A DNA stretch of 64,000 bases from contig NIVC01001881.1 in the NCBI GenBank assembly GCA_002269645.1, positions 161,896 to 225,895 of the forward strand. The letters are read 5' to 3'. The stretch comes from Macrostomum lignano. Taxonomy: Eukaryota. The notes beneath the pieces are model-generated. The model saw only the letters and a program-made list of their open reading frames with translations, was not told the DNA's origin and made no database searches. The position numbers were made by a program, and so were the translations under genes. Shown in pieces: positions 36,860 to 49,965 of the stretch; positions within the stretch are counted from its first letter, which is position 1, and each line of letters opens with the position of its first letter.

Positions 36860-39800
36860 CCCAGTAAAAAAAGGTAGTCGGAATTCGATTGGAATCTGAT
36901 TGGAATTTAATCAGCAGTCGGAATTTGCCGGAAAAGGTTTAAACCACAATATTTTGTTTTATATAACACGTTACTATGATAATAAGCATAAAGTAAATTC
37001 AAGAAAATTTTTTCGAGCTATATTTGCGCAATCGGAAATTAGTTGGAAACCATCTCTTCTTCTTCCGATCGGAATTTGTACTCATTTTTCTTCCTACTTT
37101 CCGATCCAGCCATATTCATAACGCATGTGCTGTACTAAACATGTTTTCTTGCTTTTATGTATTTCCAGAATGTGCATATCATATACTTTTATGATACAAA
37201 AAATTACTACAATAATTCGGTTTTTGTTTTGATGCCACAAAAAAATGCTGGCCATCCAATTTATATCAAACATACATGCGCAACTGCTGGCCGACCTGGC
37301 CGATCTGGCCACCGTAAATTGTGGTGGATCAGGGGTAAGTCGCAAAAATGCCCACCCCAAAGAATACGGACGTAGTACTAATTAGATGACGAGGCATTTA
37401 GCCCTTTTAAGACAGTTATAGTTACTCCTGCCGTTTACCCAAAATTGCGTTAATGTTGCTCTAGGGTTTCTTTCACAGGTAAGTCGCATTTTTGGTCAAA
37501 AAGTAAGTCGCATGGCCAGTGTAAATCAGGGGGGTTGCGCATGTATGATATCAAAAGTATTTAAAAAGCGATTTATTTTTTACCTAAATATCTGTCTATC
37601 TAACCTTTTCGTTGAAATATTTTAACATATTTTTGCTTATAGCGTCTTTCCACTGGCACTAGCACTGGCACTGGCAAAAAATATTACTAAATGGTTAGTA
37701 AAAACCTACTTAATGCCTAACCACTATCTTATTAATTATTGCTAATTGCAATACTTCTAGGCCTACTCCTATTGCAATTCCTACTTTACTAGGCCTAGCC
37801 TATTTTGCTACACATTTTTCTCAAGATTGTCTTTAAAGCAGTATTTTCATTTAACTACAACTACAACTTATACCTTGTTTTTCTTATATATAAAATTAAT
37901 ACTACCTAGTTTTAGGCTTTTAGTCATTGAATCAAAAAATATAGGGCCTTAGCCAGGCCCTAGTTAAACTTACTTTAGACATTTAGTGTTTCTTATTAGG
38001 TTTACTCAATATACCTAACAATCAATAGACATTTGTTTAGGCTAAGGCATTTAAGCAAAGTAATTGAATGATTCTACAGTTTACAATTGTATATTATAAT
38101 TTGCTTTTAGATAAGACTTTCTTTTTAGTATTATAATGAAGAATTATTAACTTATGATTTATAGACTAGGCCTAGTAAGTAAATAATATAGGCCACATCC
38201 CACATGTCAATAGCTATTTACACTTGCTTATAAAACATTTCTATGCCTAGAACTCTAGAACTCTAATTAAACTAAGACTCTAGACTCTGGAATGTTATAT
38301 GTATGTCAGAAAATTTGGGTATGCAAATGTCAAATGACTCATTTTAAAGTTGGCATACAAATTTTGGTGTACAATTTATACATTTTTGGCATACAAATTT
38401 TGGTATACAAATTCACATCCATTTTTGGCCTACAACTTTTGGTGAATAAATTTATGTCGAACATGAAAATTTCAATGTAAATTAATGTTTTAGGTAAAAT
38501 AAAGAAATATTTGTATACTCAAGAAATTAGTAATAAACTTTCTGCTTCTTTAAAATTAAAAATGATTTAGATTAGTAAAAATATTATTAAAATGTAAATG
38601 TTGCATCATTATTTTTATAGGTATAATTAAGTTTGTCTAAAACAAAAATATTTATAATATTTTAAAGAATACTTTTCATACAAAAACCTTTCTTAGGAAA
38701 CTCAACTTGTGAAAACCAAATGACCTTTTTAGGAGGCTTTTTTAGTTTACATTTTAAGGATTTTTTTGTTTTTGGCATACACTGGCATACATTTAGCTAA
38801 GATAAGATTCTTGTTCTGGCATACACTATTACACAATCCAGACCCTAGCTAAGACTTAGAATAATTTGGTCTTTTAATTTTGCCTTTAGAAATATTAAGA
38901 TTCAGTATATTTAGATAAATAAAGTACTATATATCTCAATGTCAAATGAAAGTTCTAATAGAGAACAGGTCAATGAGATAAAAAATACTCAGGACATTAT
39001 ATCCTTAGAATACATTATTTATAATAGTAAATATGATTGTACATTTTGATTATGCTAGTATTAATTTTTTATTATTTATATTATTTCTCTTAGTTATCAT
39101 AGGGCACTGTTAGACTAAGACTAGGCCCCTAGTTCTAGCTTTACTAAGCATGCTATAGCTTGTATTATTATCTTATCAATGGCTTCTGCTTCTATTTCAG
39201 ACACTGCTGGTCTAGATATGGTGCATTAGTGCAAAGGTGCCACAGTCTGTTTGCTACATAATGGATGGGATCTCTAGGTTCAGTTCAAGACTGGGGAAAA
39301 GGATCCTGGAAGAGCTGACTAGGCCTAGCTAACAAGGATCAAAGGTCAAATTGTCTTTGAATATGTACAAGCATACTTTGGCGAGATCTTCAAGGGTATG
39401 TGTTCTTTGTGTTTTTATTCTTATAGTATATTCCAATTGCTTTTATACCAGTTTTAAAGATTGCAAATGTTAAGTTTTTTCTTGTCTTGCCTGAAGACAA
39501 CTATTCTCCTTATTTTTTATTTCCAAATCTTTCTAATGACAGTGAAGGTGCCCAACTGGTCTGCTGTTCATGCCATTAACTCTCTAAATTACTCAATGCA
39601 GGACCATATACTCCGAGTTCTCTGGATTGCATCAAAGGCCATTTAGAGCTTCTACGATGGCGTCTGAAAGTGCAAGAGCTCCAGACCAACAATCGTGGAG
39701 TGTCAGTGGGGGAAGCAATTGCGACAATGAAGCGCCTCTGCCGCCACCTACATGTGATGACAAAGCATGTGATGACTCTGGCTGTAAGTTTGCTGACTGA

Positions 39801-40365
39801 TAATGCAGCCGTTTGGTTCACAACATTTATCTAGCTAGCTAGCTTTTTTGCATTCATGTGTTGTTCATCAATCATATTATTGTATTATTCTGCATTTGTT
39901 TTCTGTATCTTATTATTTGTTTTCGGCACTCATTTTCTGCATATATTGCATTATTATTATGCTCTTTCTCGATGTTTCCTTGCATCCACATGTAATATAG
40001 TTACTCTCTTGACGTGTTGTGCAGAAATTGCTTACTGTAATCTTTACAATTGCATAATATACAATGCATTGAGTAAATTAAATAGCCAATCATTATTGTG
40101 CTTCACTCTTCAAGCAGAATACTATTTTAAATAATGTATTATTTTGCTAAGCACTTTGAAAACCGATTTGTTTATTTTTTACGCAAGCTAGCCGATGCAA
40201 AAGCAAATTCTGAAAAATACAACCTAATCGTAATTTAGTCGGATATTAGCGTCACATTCCGATCGGAAAACTCCGACTAGAAAACGACCGGATTGCACGA
40301 GCCACTTTGCTGACAAATTCCGACTGGACATTCCGATCGGATTCCGACTACCCTTTTTTACTGGG
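36860..40365. mobile_element. CACTA/EnSpm-like non-autonomous element nested in hAT-2
   Basis: TIR CCCAGTAAAAAA(A/G)GGTAGTCGGAAT, 2-bp TSD AA, TCGGAAT/ATTCCGA subterminal repeats; superfamily inferred from termini only. Confidence 0.7.
38280..38845. mobile_element. MITE; uninterrupted copy of the element split by the Harbinger (~32640-32865 + 35559-35900)
   Basis: Shared TTTTGGC(G/A)TACA motifs; colinear similarity across the Harbinger insertion point. Confidence 0.65.
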
Positions 40366-40987
40366 AACTTCTTACAAATAAACTTTAAAATAATGAATTA
40401 AAATAGTGTGAAACTTTATTTCTTGCGCGTGAGCATCGATCGCTTTGATTCACTTCTGTCCCAATCTTTCGCAACTTTTTGCTGCGCCTGCTAATGGTAC
40501 TGAAACAACCTTCCTATGCGTATTTAATTATGAATTTCTCGCTATTAGCTTTTAAGTTTCAAATAAAATAAGTTACTTTTTTACCATATGCTTTACTTTT
40601 AGTAGTATTATGTATGCAAGTTTTTAAAATGATTATTTATTACTTTTTTAGCTTTCAAATCGCTTAGATGACCTCTGTGTTTCGCTAAAAAGATGGAATA
40701 GCAAAGACATGCAATACGAAGTCTGTTTTGGAAAAAACGTGCAAGATTTCCATATTTTCTGTGTTAACTTTAACGGATTAACGCTTATTAACGATTATCA
40801 GTTAACTTTCAGTTAACTTAACGAAATTAGGAGTTAAAAGGTTAAGATTTTTTTGTTTTAACGCTAACGCTTTTGCTATTAACGGAAGTTAAGATTTTCA
40901 TTAACGGTGCCCAACACTGACTATAGAATCCATTTGACATTAGAGATGGCCCATAGTTTAGATTGTATATTAATATATACCAAGTTA

Positions 40988-41472
40988 CCAGGATGGAATT
41001 CTTGCACAAAAATTGCAATGAATTTTTGCATTTGGGAAAAAAATTGCAAAAAATTACGAACGCAAAAAAAATTGCGCACCTGTACAGGCTGAAAAAAGCG
41101 ACAAAAATTGCGAATTATTTTGCGACTATTTGCACAGTTTAAATTACTAACTTTACTGTATTAAATGTAGAATTACTACAAAAATGTAACATTTTTATAG
41201 TTTGTTATTTACAAACTGTTCAAATTTCTCTACTTAAAATTCTCTATTTAAAAGAACAAAGATAATCAGTTTAATATTTATTGTAACAAGTTGTCAAAAA
41301 ATGCAAGTATAAGACTATTGCAAAACATTATTTTGACAATTGGTAATGTTAAAAATTGCGTCACTAAATTTAGTTTAAGATTGTAAAATTGCATTTGGTT
41401 CAATATGGAATTGCGCACAAAAAAAGTTGCAATTTTCCATTTTATATGCCAGATGCAAGAATTCCATGCTGG
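40988..41472. mobile_element. 485-bp MITE
   Basis: TIR CCAG(G/C)ATGGAATTCTTGCA; perfect 8-bp TSD CCAAGTTA. Confidence 0.85.
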
Positions 41473-43919
41473 CCAAGTTACGTGCTAGAAAAAATTACAA
41501 GACCTTGTTGCCTTGTTTGTATGCCAGAACTAAAAAATGCATCACTGACACAATATTTCCACTATGTTATGTATGCTGTATGCAGGATATATGCAGATAT
41601 ATGCTAAAAATGGCAAGTAAGTAGGCCTATCCTTATTGTATGCTAGGAAATCCTAGCATAAATGCATATGGCTTTCCAAACAATAGGAGATGTCAGCTAT
41701 CTCTTTATTGCCAAAAACTGCTAAGAATAAAAAAATAGTTTATTTTTTAGCTTTGTATTTAAAGATGACTTTTCTACTAGAAGAAACTACTTTTTTCAAT
41801 TTTATATTACTTAAGTCCCTACTTTTTGTAAGTGTGAAAGTTTCCTTAAAAGCCATTTCTATAAAATATGACAATGTTTATCACATAAGATTTAGACCTT
41901 ATAGTAATAAAAGCTAGATCAATATTAAAACATTATTCCATGTCAAAGTAGAAAAAGGTCTAAGTAAAGTATTTTTTCTTCCCGTTTATATAAGTTTTTA
42001 TTTAATTTATTAGCATTGCAATTATTAACTTGCAAACTATTTTTTAGTAAAAATTCTTTGCAAAATACACTCGTATATAGGCCTAACGCAAGAAGATGAC
42101 CTTAGAGGCCATTAGACCTAGGACTAGGCCCTATGCTGCTGCTGAGTCAATTTTTTTTACTTAATTTTATTTCAGCAAGAAATATTTTCGATTCGAATTC
42201 ACGCAAATTTCCTTCAACAGCCAGTAAATAGTCTAAACACGTCATTGTTTTTCTTTTATTATGTTTTTTAGATGAATAAGTCAAAATTAGGATAAATAGT
42301 TTATTACAGATTTTGCAGTCCGGGTGAATTCTGTTTGTACGAACGGCTAAAATTCCGGTGTAGCTCGTAAACATGCCTGGAATCACTTATTTAAAGTTTG
42401 GAAATTTTAAATTCCGACTATTATTCGCGATTTGAAATAAATTAAATATCTCTTTAGGTTTTACATGTATTCTCTGTGATGAGTGTGACTGTGATGTTTC
42501 CTTTATCTAATCTACGACAAAATCCGAATTATCCTAGAATGAATTTTTCTGTGCTGCAATTTCTTTTCTCAGTATAAAGAACATAAGACTAGCTACTTAA
42601 ATTATATTTAAAGTGAACAGTAAGACAAAAGAAGTAAGTGAGGCGTAGGGCCAAAACGGGTATATTTATAAGACATTAACTCAAGGGGCCCGTAATTATT
42701 GCAAATTTTCAAGCCATTACATTTAGCAAGTCGAAGAATATGATGTATTTTTTAAACATTTTCCCAGATATTCTTCCCAGATAGCAGTGGGGTTGAGTCC
42801 AGATAAGGAGGGTGGAGTGCACGCGACTAAGGAAGAGGCGAGAATGGAGATCCCAATCAGAAGGCAGTAAAGGGAGCTGAGGGATATAATAAGAACAATA
42901 AGATTGAACTAAATCAGAGAGGAAGAAAACATGGACAACTAGTTGTCCATGGAAGAAAAATAGAGTAATTGCAGAGTAATTAAACATGCAGTCACAAGTG
43001 CAGACGAACTGAAGAAATGACTAAAAAAGGCGCGACAAGTGTAAAAGTTGTAAAAGTGACCGCGATTTGTAAAAGTAAAACTTGATTTGGCATGGGATAT
43101 CGTGATACTATAGTGAATGAATTATATTCTCATCACTCATGCTCAATCATTCTAAGTCTATTAGGTCTATGTACCATTGTAGGTTGAGTCCAAGCAAAAT
43201 GTAGTGAACTTGGAAATTGGAAGATCAAAGCCGAGCGTACATATGCATGTAAAACTAGATTGTGTTGGACAAATCGCAGAGTTCGCGAATACTTTTAGTG
43301 ATATCCGACGTCCAATGAAAATAGGGTACATGTAGTACATGCGAGGGAGAAAAAAGGCCGCGATGATAAAGCTTTCAAAAGTTATACCAAATGACGAAAG
43401 TCGCAGAGACCACTACTAGCTGTTTCACCCTGCATTTATCTACTTTGTCTCGCACTCATCTCTCTAGCCCGGTCTCTGCCGTCAGACAATAGGGTGAATA
43501 CGATCGTAGAGATCATGTGTCAGTATAATTTGAATTTTAATTTGAATTCATTTAGCCTCCAGAATGGAAGCAGATTTTTTTATCGCAGCGGCGCGTTCTC
43601 TCGTTCGGATTACAAGATCGAATTGAATTCCAACCATGCATTAATACGTCCAGCACTATAATAAGTTGACCCCCCTTCTGCTAACGTATTAAAGGCGACC
43701 AAAAGCAATTAATTTTTTGAATTTAAATATTCTTTGCAGCCGGGGCGTAGCTAAATTAGCCAGAGGGCAAAAGGAACCGTGCCTCGCCTCAATTACATGT
43801 ACATGTAATAGGCTGACAAAAATTACCGTTGTGTGTGGCACCCATCACAGGTTTAAACCCGATCCTGTTCCTAAATTTTATAGCAACTCCACAGACCAAA
43901 GCTTTAGGGCTTTGGCGCC

Positions 43920-44290
43920 ACCACTGCTGGCGCTCCTGATGCTGGTGCCTCTGGTACTAAAGCCCCTGGGTGCTAAAGCCGCTGGGTGCTAAAGCCCCTG
44001 GGTGCTAAAGCCCCTGGGTGCTAAAGCCCCTGGGTGCTAAAGCCCCTGGGTGCTAAAGCCCCTGGGTGCTAAAGCCCCTGGTGCTAAAGCCCCTGGGTGC
44101 TAAAGCCCCTGGGTGCTAAAGCCCCTGGGTGCTAAACCGGTGGTGCTAAAGCCCCTGGTGCTAAACCGGTGGTGCTAAAGCCCCTGGTGCTAAAGCCCCT
44201 TAATGCTAAAGCCCCTTGGTGCTGGCGCCCCTGGTGCTAAAGCCCCTTAATGCTAAAGTCGCCTGGAGCCCCTTGTGCTGGCGTCACTGG
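43920..44290. repeat. 15/16-bp minisatellite (GCTAAAGCCCCTG[G]GT)
   Basis: Reverse complement of the 44995-46326 array. Confidence 0.9.
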
Positions 44291-44498
44291 TTCTGGCGCC
44301 CCCAAAAGTGGCGCGTCTAAAATGGCGCCCCTCATTATAGCGCTACTAGCTCCCTCACTGGCGCATCCAAATGATTTTCCAACACATTCCCCAGTCAATT
44401 AGCAATTAAAGATCGCTTCAAGTAAAATTGAAATTTGCTGTTGTGTTTATTAGTAGGAGCAATAAACATTTATCCTCCTTGCATAGGCAATCACTGGT

Positions 44499-46448
44499 TT
44501 AGACTTTACCGCAACTATTAAACAGCCTTGTATCCGGGCAGCCGAACCTCGACTTGAGGAAAGTGTCAAACACAAGCATTGTTTTCAAGCCGCCGCACAA
44601 TTGCTGCTCGTTCCCTGAGCACAGATGTCTGCACGAACTGATCTCATACAACAGAGAATCTTTGGTCTGGATGGTACTGTCGCAATAGCATTCTGAGCCC
44701 TTCATCAGACCGAAGTACGTGTATCCTGCGCCCTTGCAAGCGGCCTGACAGATACTGTGCGACATGAACTTTTTGCCGACTGGATCGGTCATTTTGTTCT
44801 GCAGAGCCAGTTTCGATGCGTCAGACTTAAAACAGCCGATTAGTTGCCCTGTAAAATTGATGGATTTTGGCGAATACAATTGTTTTAGATAAATTGTAAA
44901 CAGATTACAAATACACCTCATTGCTTGGTTATGGGGCCTGAATTTCTTAGCATCAGGTATCTCTGAGGTGACGCACATGGACTGATCTGTGCAGCGGCTT
45001 TAGCACCAGGGGCTTTAGCAACAGATTCTTTAGCACCAGGGGCTTTAGCACCAGGGACTTTAGCAACAGATTCTTTAGCACCAGGGACTTTAGCAACAGA
45101 TTCTTTAGCACCAGGGGCTTTAGCACCAGGGGCTTTAGCACCAGGGGCTTTAGCACCAGGGACTTTAGCACCAGGGGCTTTAGCACCCAGGGGCTTTAGC
45201 ACCAGGGGCTTTAGCACCAGGGACTTTAGCAACAGATTCTTTAGCACCAGGGGCTTTAGCACCAGATTCTTTAGCACCAGGGACTTTAGCAACAGATTCT
45301 TTAGCACCAGGGGCTTTAGCACCAGGGGCTTTAGCACCAGGGGCTTTAGCACCAGGGGCTTTAGCACCAGGGACTTTAGCACCAGGGGCTTTAGCACCCA
45401 GGGGCTTTAGCACCAGGGGCTTTAGCACCAGGGACTTTAGCAACAGATTCTTTAGCACCAGGGGCTTTAGCACCAGGGGCTTTAGCACCAGGGGCTTTAG
45501 CAACAGATTCTTTAGCACCAGGGACTTTAGCAACAGATTCTTTAGCACCAGGGGCTTTAGCACCAGGGGCTTTAGCACCAGGGGCTTTAGCACCAGGGGA
45601 TTTAGCACCAGGGGATTTAGCACCAGGGGATTTAGCACCAGGGGATTTAGCACCAGGGGCTTTAGCACCAGGGGATTTAGCACCAGGGGATTTAGTAACA
45701 GGGGCTTTAGCAACATGGGCGCCAGCAACAGGGTCTTTAGCACCAGGGGATTTAGCACCAAGGGGCTTTAGCACCAGGGGATTTAGCACCAGGGGCTTTA
45801 GCACCAGGCTTTAGCAACAGGGGCTTTAGCAACAGGGGCTTTAGCACCAGGGGCTTTAGCACCAGGGGATTTAGCACCAGGGTCTTCAGCACCAGGGGAT
45901 TTAGCACCAGGGGCTTTAGCACCAGGGTCTTTAGCACCAGGCGATTTAACACCAGGGGATTTAGCACCAGGGGCTTTAGCAACAGGGGCTTTAGCACCAG
46001 GGGCTTTAGCACCCAGGGGATTTAGCACCAGGGGATTTAGCAACAGGGGCGCCAGCAACAGGGGCTTTAGCACCAGGGGATTTAGCACCAGGGTCTTCAG
46101 CACCAGGGGATTTAGCACCAGGTGCTTTAGCACCAGGGTCTTTAGCACCAGGCGATTTAACACCAGGGGATTTAGCACCAGGGGCTTTAGCACCAGGGGC
46201 TTTAGCACCAGGGGATTTAGCACCAGGGGATTTAGCAACAGGGGCTTTAGCACCATGGTCTTTAGCACCAGGGCTTTAGCAACATGGGCGCCAGCAACAG
46301 GGGCTTTAGCACCAGGGGCTTTAGCACAATGAGCGGCAGCTTGAAACTCACACTTTAAATTCTCCGTTTCCAAATATCCGATTGACCATGCAGTATGCAG
46401 CTGGCAGCTCAGTGAGAATAAAAGGATGCAAAGGTAGACGCAGTTCAT
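44499..46448 (-). CDS. Secreted single-WSC-domain protein A (~148 aa). Exons 46448-46352, 44848-44499; optional symmetric exon 44986-44915
   Basis: Signal peptide MNCVYLCILLFSLSCQLHTAWS. WSC motif LIGCF..MSHSICQAAC..YFGLMKGSECYC..CRHLCSGN..LCGG. Phase-1 GT-AG intron. Confidence 0.85.
44995..46326. repeat. 15-bp minisatellite (CTTTAGCACCAGGGG) filling the WSC-A intron
   Basis: About 85 units. Confidence 0.95.
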
Positions 46449-47109
46449 TTCGATTAGTCAACAGTTTGATAACACGAGCTGGAAGTATAGAAAAGAGACG
46501 AGATATCTTGTGTGGCTTAAAAAAAAGAATCAAGTTTTCATAATGAACTTTCATAAATAACAGAACTGGAATTAGTAGGAAATTTTTTTACAATTTTTTT
46601 TATAATTTAAATATTTTTTTTAAACTAAACGGAATGCAAAGATCCTTTTTTAATCGTTGCAGGGTTGTATTTTTCGATTTCAAGAATAGACTCGAAAAAA
46701 TGGTGAAATTAACATTCCTGGAACAGTCTTTGCAGGGTAAAGACAGCTACTAGCAATTTAGTTATATTGCTGATTACTTGTGGGAGGTCAACGTAAATTG
46801 TTTATGTTGCTGCTGGGGGGATTTACCCTGGAAATAATTAACATCGCCGTGAAAAATAATATGGAACAGCATGAAGTTTATTTTGTCAATAAACCTCCGA
46901 ATTGTAATTAATGTTGTTTTTATAAAACTACTAGACATTTAGTTCTGGCTCCTTATCTTTACAATTGGCGTGGCCTCATGAGGTAAAAATCGTTTCTACT
47001 CCAGGTTGCTAATTATAAAACTCATTGGGTCCAACAAGCATCAATTTGGTCCATAGCTTCATTTGCAACTGCTGCGGAGGAGCAAGATCAGCCCCAGAAT
47101 TGTGGATCA

Positions 47110-47545
47110 TATGCTGGGCTGTCGAACGAATGCCATTGGCTTGTTGTGATCGAAGCGCTCGACAGGGGTGAACACCCAAAGGACATTGCAAGGTTGATGA
47201 ATATAGAAGAAAATATATTCATCGTTTACAACTTTCATTCACAACCACTGCCGGCAGAGGTCACCTGCGAAAGGGTGGCAATCGCCAAGGCAAGTTGCGA
47301 GAGCCTCAGGTCCAACTGCTACTCGATGCAATTATGACGAACCCTTTGCTGACGTTGCAGAAAATGCAGGTTATCAGATTTTGACTATCAGCAGAGCTCT
47401 GGAAAAGCGACAGAAAATTGTTGGTAGAGACGCTGACATTCCAGCGGTACGCAACAACCTGCAGACGGTTGCGAGAAGGCAAGAGTTGGCCGAATGGCTC
47501 ACTAGCGTTTGGACCAAATTGATGCTTGCTGGACCACCAAATTAA
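47110..47545 (+). pseudogene. Frameshifted IS630/Tc1/mariner-like transposase relic (N-terminal HTH region)
   Basis: EALDRGEHPKDIARLMNI; GGNRQGKLREPQVQLLLDAIMTNPLLTLQKMQ; VRNNLQTVARRQELAEW in shifting frames; no DDE domain seen. Confidence 0.55.
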
Positions 47546-48249
47546 ATGCTGCTGTGCCAGCCTTTCTACCATAGACAAACCAGTGACTACACCATTTTAC
47601 CCTCGATTTTGAACAAGGAGAACTTCGAAACTGACAAACTCCTCTTCAATATTGACACTCTATGGTCGAGCACTCAAAATCTACAATCAATATTGACAGA
47701 TCAAGCTTCATTTTTGACAAACTCTGGTTCAATTTTGACAATGCACGTTTAGTCAACTTCTCCTGGGAGAATTCGGTAACAAAGTAATCCAATGAAAGCC
47801 TGAACGGGGCTGAAGTGAGCTGTGCAAAATCAGCTTATTCTGACTTTGCTTTTTGGATCTACAAGTATTGATAAAATTTATTTTTCTCTATCCTTTACAC
47901 ACAGACTAAAATAGCCTGACTGGTTGGGCTGCAAAGTCTGATTCTATTTTGACAGAGTTGCTTCAAAACTGACACTCTATGGTTTGTGTACCTAAAAAGT
48001 CCGCTTCATTTTTGACAACTCCGAATCAATATTGAACAGTTTACAATCGATTTTGACTAAGAAAAGATTTTAACAATTTTTACTAAGATTTCTCTCCTGA
48101 GGGGGGGGGGTACTTGCTATTTGGGAGAGGGGGTACTGGCTGCATGTATCTACGAGTACATGTATGGGAATATTTCTATCCAGGGATGCTTGCTAGAGTC
48201 CCTGCTCTCTCAAGGGACTCTAGCAAAAGGCCGGTCATTTAACATCCCA

Positions 48250-48550
48250 AGACAGCAAGCATCCACCCAGATAGCAAGCATTCACCCAGATAGCAAGCAT
48301 CCACCCAGATAGCAAGCATCCACCCAGACAGCAAGCATCCACCCAGATAGCAAGCATCCACCCAGATAGCAAGCATCCACCCAGATAGCAAGCATCCACC
48401 CAGATAGCAAGCATCCACCCAGATAGCAAGCATCTACCCAGATAGCAAGCATTCACCCAGATAGCAAGCATCCACCCAGATAGCAAGCGTGCACCCAGAT
48501 AGCAAGCATCCTGCAGATAGCAAGCATCCCCCAGATAGCAAGCATCCCCA
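48250..48550. repeat. 19-bp minisatellite (AGCAAGCATCCACCCAGAT)
   Basis: About 15 tandem copies abutting the duplicated ENKD1 exon. Confidence 0.93.
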
Positions 48551-49116
48551 AAAAAATATACAATAAAGCATTACCTTGCCGACCCCATGGCAAACCAGAA
48601 GCAGTGGCATTGGCGGCAGCAGCATCAGCAGCAGCTGCTATCCTGCGTATGCGAGCACTTCTGGCCTGACTATCAAGGTCAGCATTGGCTTCATAGAGTG
48701 TATGAGCTGGTATTGGGCCAGATATGCCAGATGCGACCCAGCCACTCGAGGACATTGCTGAAGTAGAGATCTATAGGTTAATACATAACACAATAGAAGA
48801 TTTATAAATCAAAGAGGCTGAGATGAGATGTTTTGATATTTTTCTTTGACTAAAATTCTCAAAAGTTTAGGTCAAAGGGTATGTGTAGATATAAGGGCTA
48901 AAAGCAAAAGGATCTAGATTCCAGACAAGAATTTACTAGTATGATAAATATAATAATAATTATTATTGATTACAACTGCCCCAATGGGGCCAGTTTTGCA
49001 GCCGACAGCTAAAAAGACTACATATGGCTATTCAGTCCAAGGACTGGGGTCCCATGCACACCCTTAATCACCCCACCTATTGCTTTACCCATTTTACAGC
49101 TGGGTGAACTGAAGCA
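48551..49116 (-). pseudogene. 566-bp duplicate of 29935-30500 containing ENKD1 exon 1 (48755-48575) and a truncated CORE-SINE
   Basis: Near-identical, about 4 substitutions; no copy of ENKD1 exon 2 follows. Confidence 0.9.
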
Positions 49117-49709
49117 GTACGTGGACACTTTTCAATGTTGCTGAGTGTATCTGCCACAAATTGAACGAGCGCTAAAAGATAAATTAAAGCTAAGGAAAAG
49201 GGTTTCTTGGCCATTTTCATCCATTTCTTAAGGTGGGACGACGATTTTCTATTGGTCGGCAATGTCCACCGAAAATTTTTGTGCTGATTAGTGAGAGTCC
49301 AATGTCTCTACTTGTAGAAGTCAAATTGCTAGGAGATAGCCTAAAATGCAATCATCATTCACCACTCCTCTCTCCCCTCCTCTGGCCCCACAAGTCATGC
49401 ACTCGATTCTGGGATAAGTCTTTGAGGATAGGCCTTTGATGATTTCAGGTCCTCTTTAGAACCCCCCTCCCCTAACCCTAGCAGCGAGAAATTCCGTGAT
49501 GGACTCCATCACCTGATTGGCGAAGGCTTGATTTTTAACTAGTATAATAGATTAATTTAGTCATACATTCATCATTGATTAATTTAGGCCAACTTTCTAG
49601 TTCTAACTTTTCATGGGAATTGACGCATTCAACGAGAATTTTAATTATTGTTTTTGCTGATTTCAGCAAGAACATGTAAGATCTACTGCCTATAGACCTG
49701 GAAAAGAAG

Positions 49710-49965
49710 ATGACGCCCCTTGGATAAATCGATGGCGCCCCTCGGATAGCGATGTCGCCGTTTGAATACCGATGACGCCCCTTGGATATTGATGGCGCCC
49801 CTCGAATAGCGATATGACGCCCTTTGAATATCGATGTCGCCCTTTGGATAATGATGGCGCCTATCGATGGTGCCCCTTATGGATATTGATGGCGCCCTTT
49901 GATCATATCGATGGCCTCTTTTGGATATGATGGCGCCCCTTGGATAGCGATGGCGCCCCTCGGAT
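49710..49965. repeat. Degenerate ~20-bp repeat (GATGGCGCCCCTTGGATA)
   Basis: About 12 imperfect units. Confidence 0.8.

Larger units (their letters stand above)
36531..40919. mobile_element. Non-autonomous hAT-type element 2 (contains nested CACTA-like element)
   Basis: TIR CAGTGTTGGGCAC; perfect 8-bp TSD ACTATAGA (36523-36530, 40920-40927); TTAACG subterminal repeats at both ends. Confidence 0.9.

Noticed and set aside
44918-46340. KAPGA / LVLKP collagen- or histone-like ORFs
   Set aside because: 15/16-bp intronic array with frequent frameshifts
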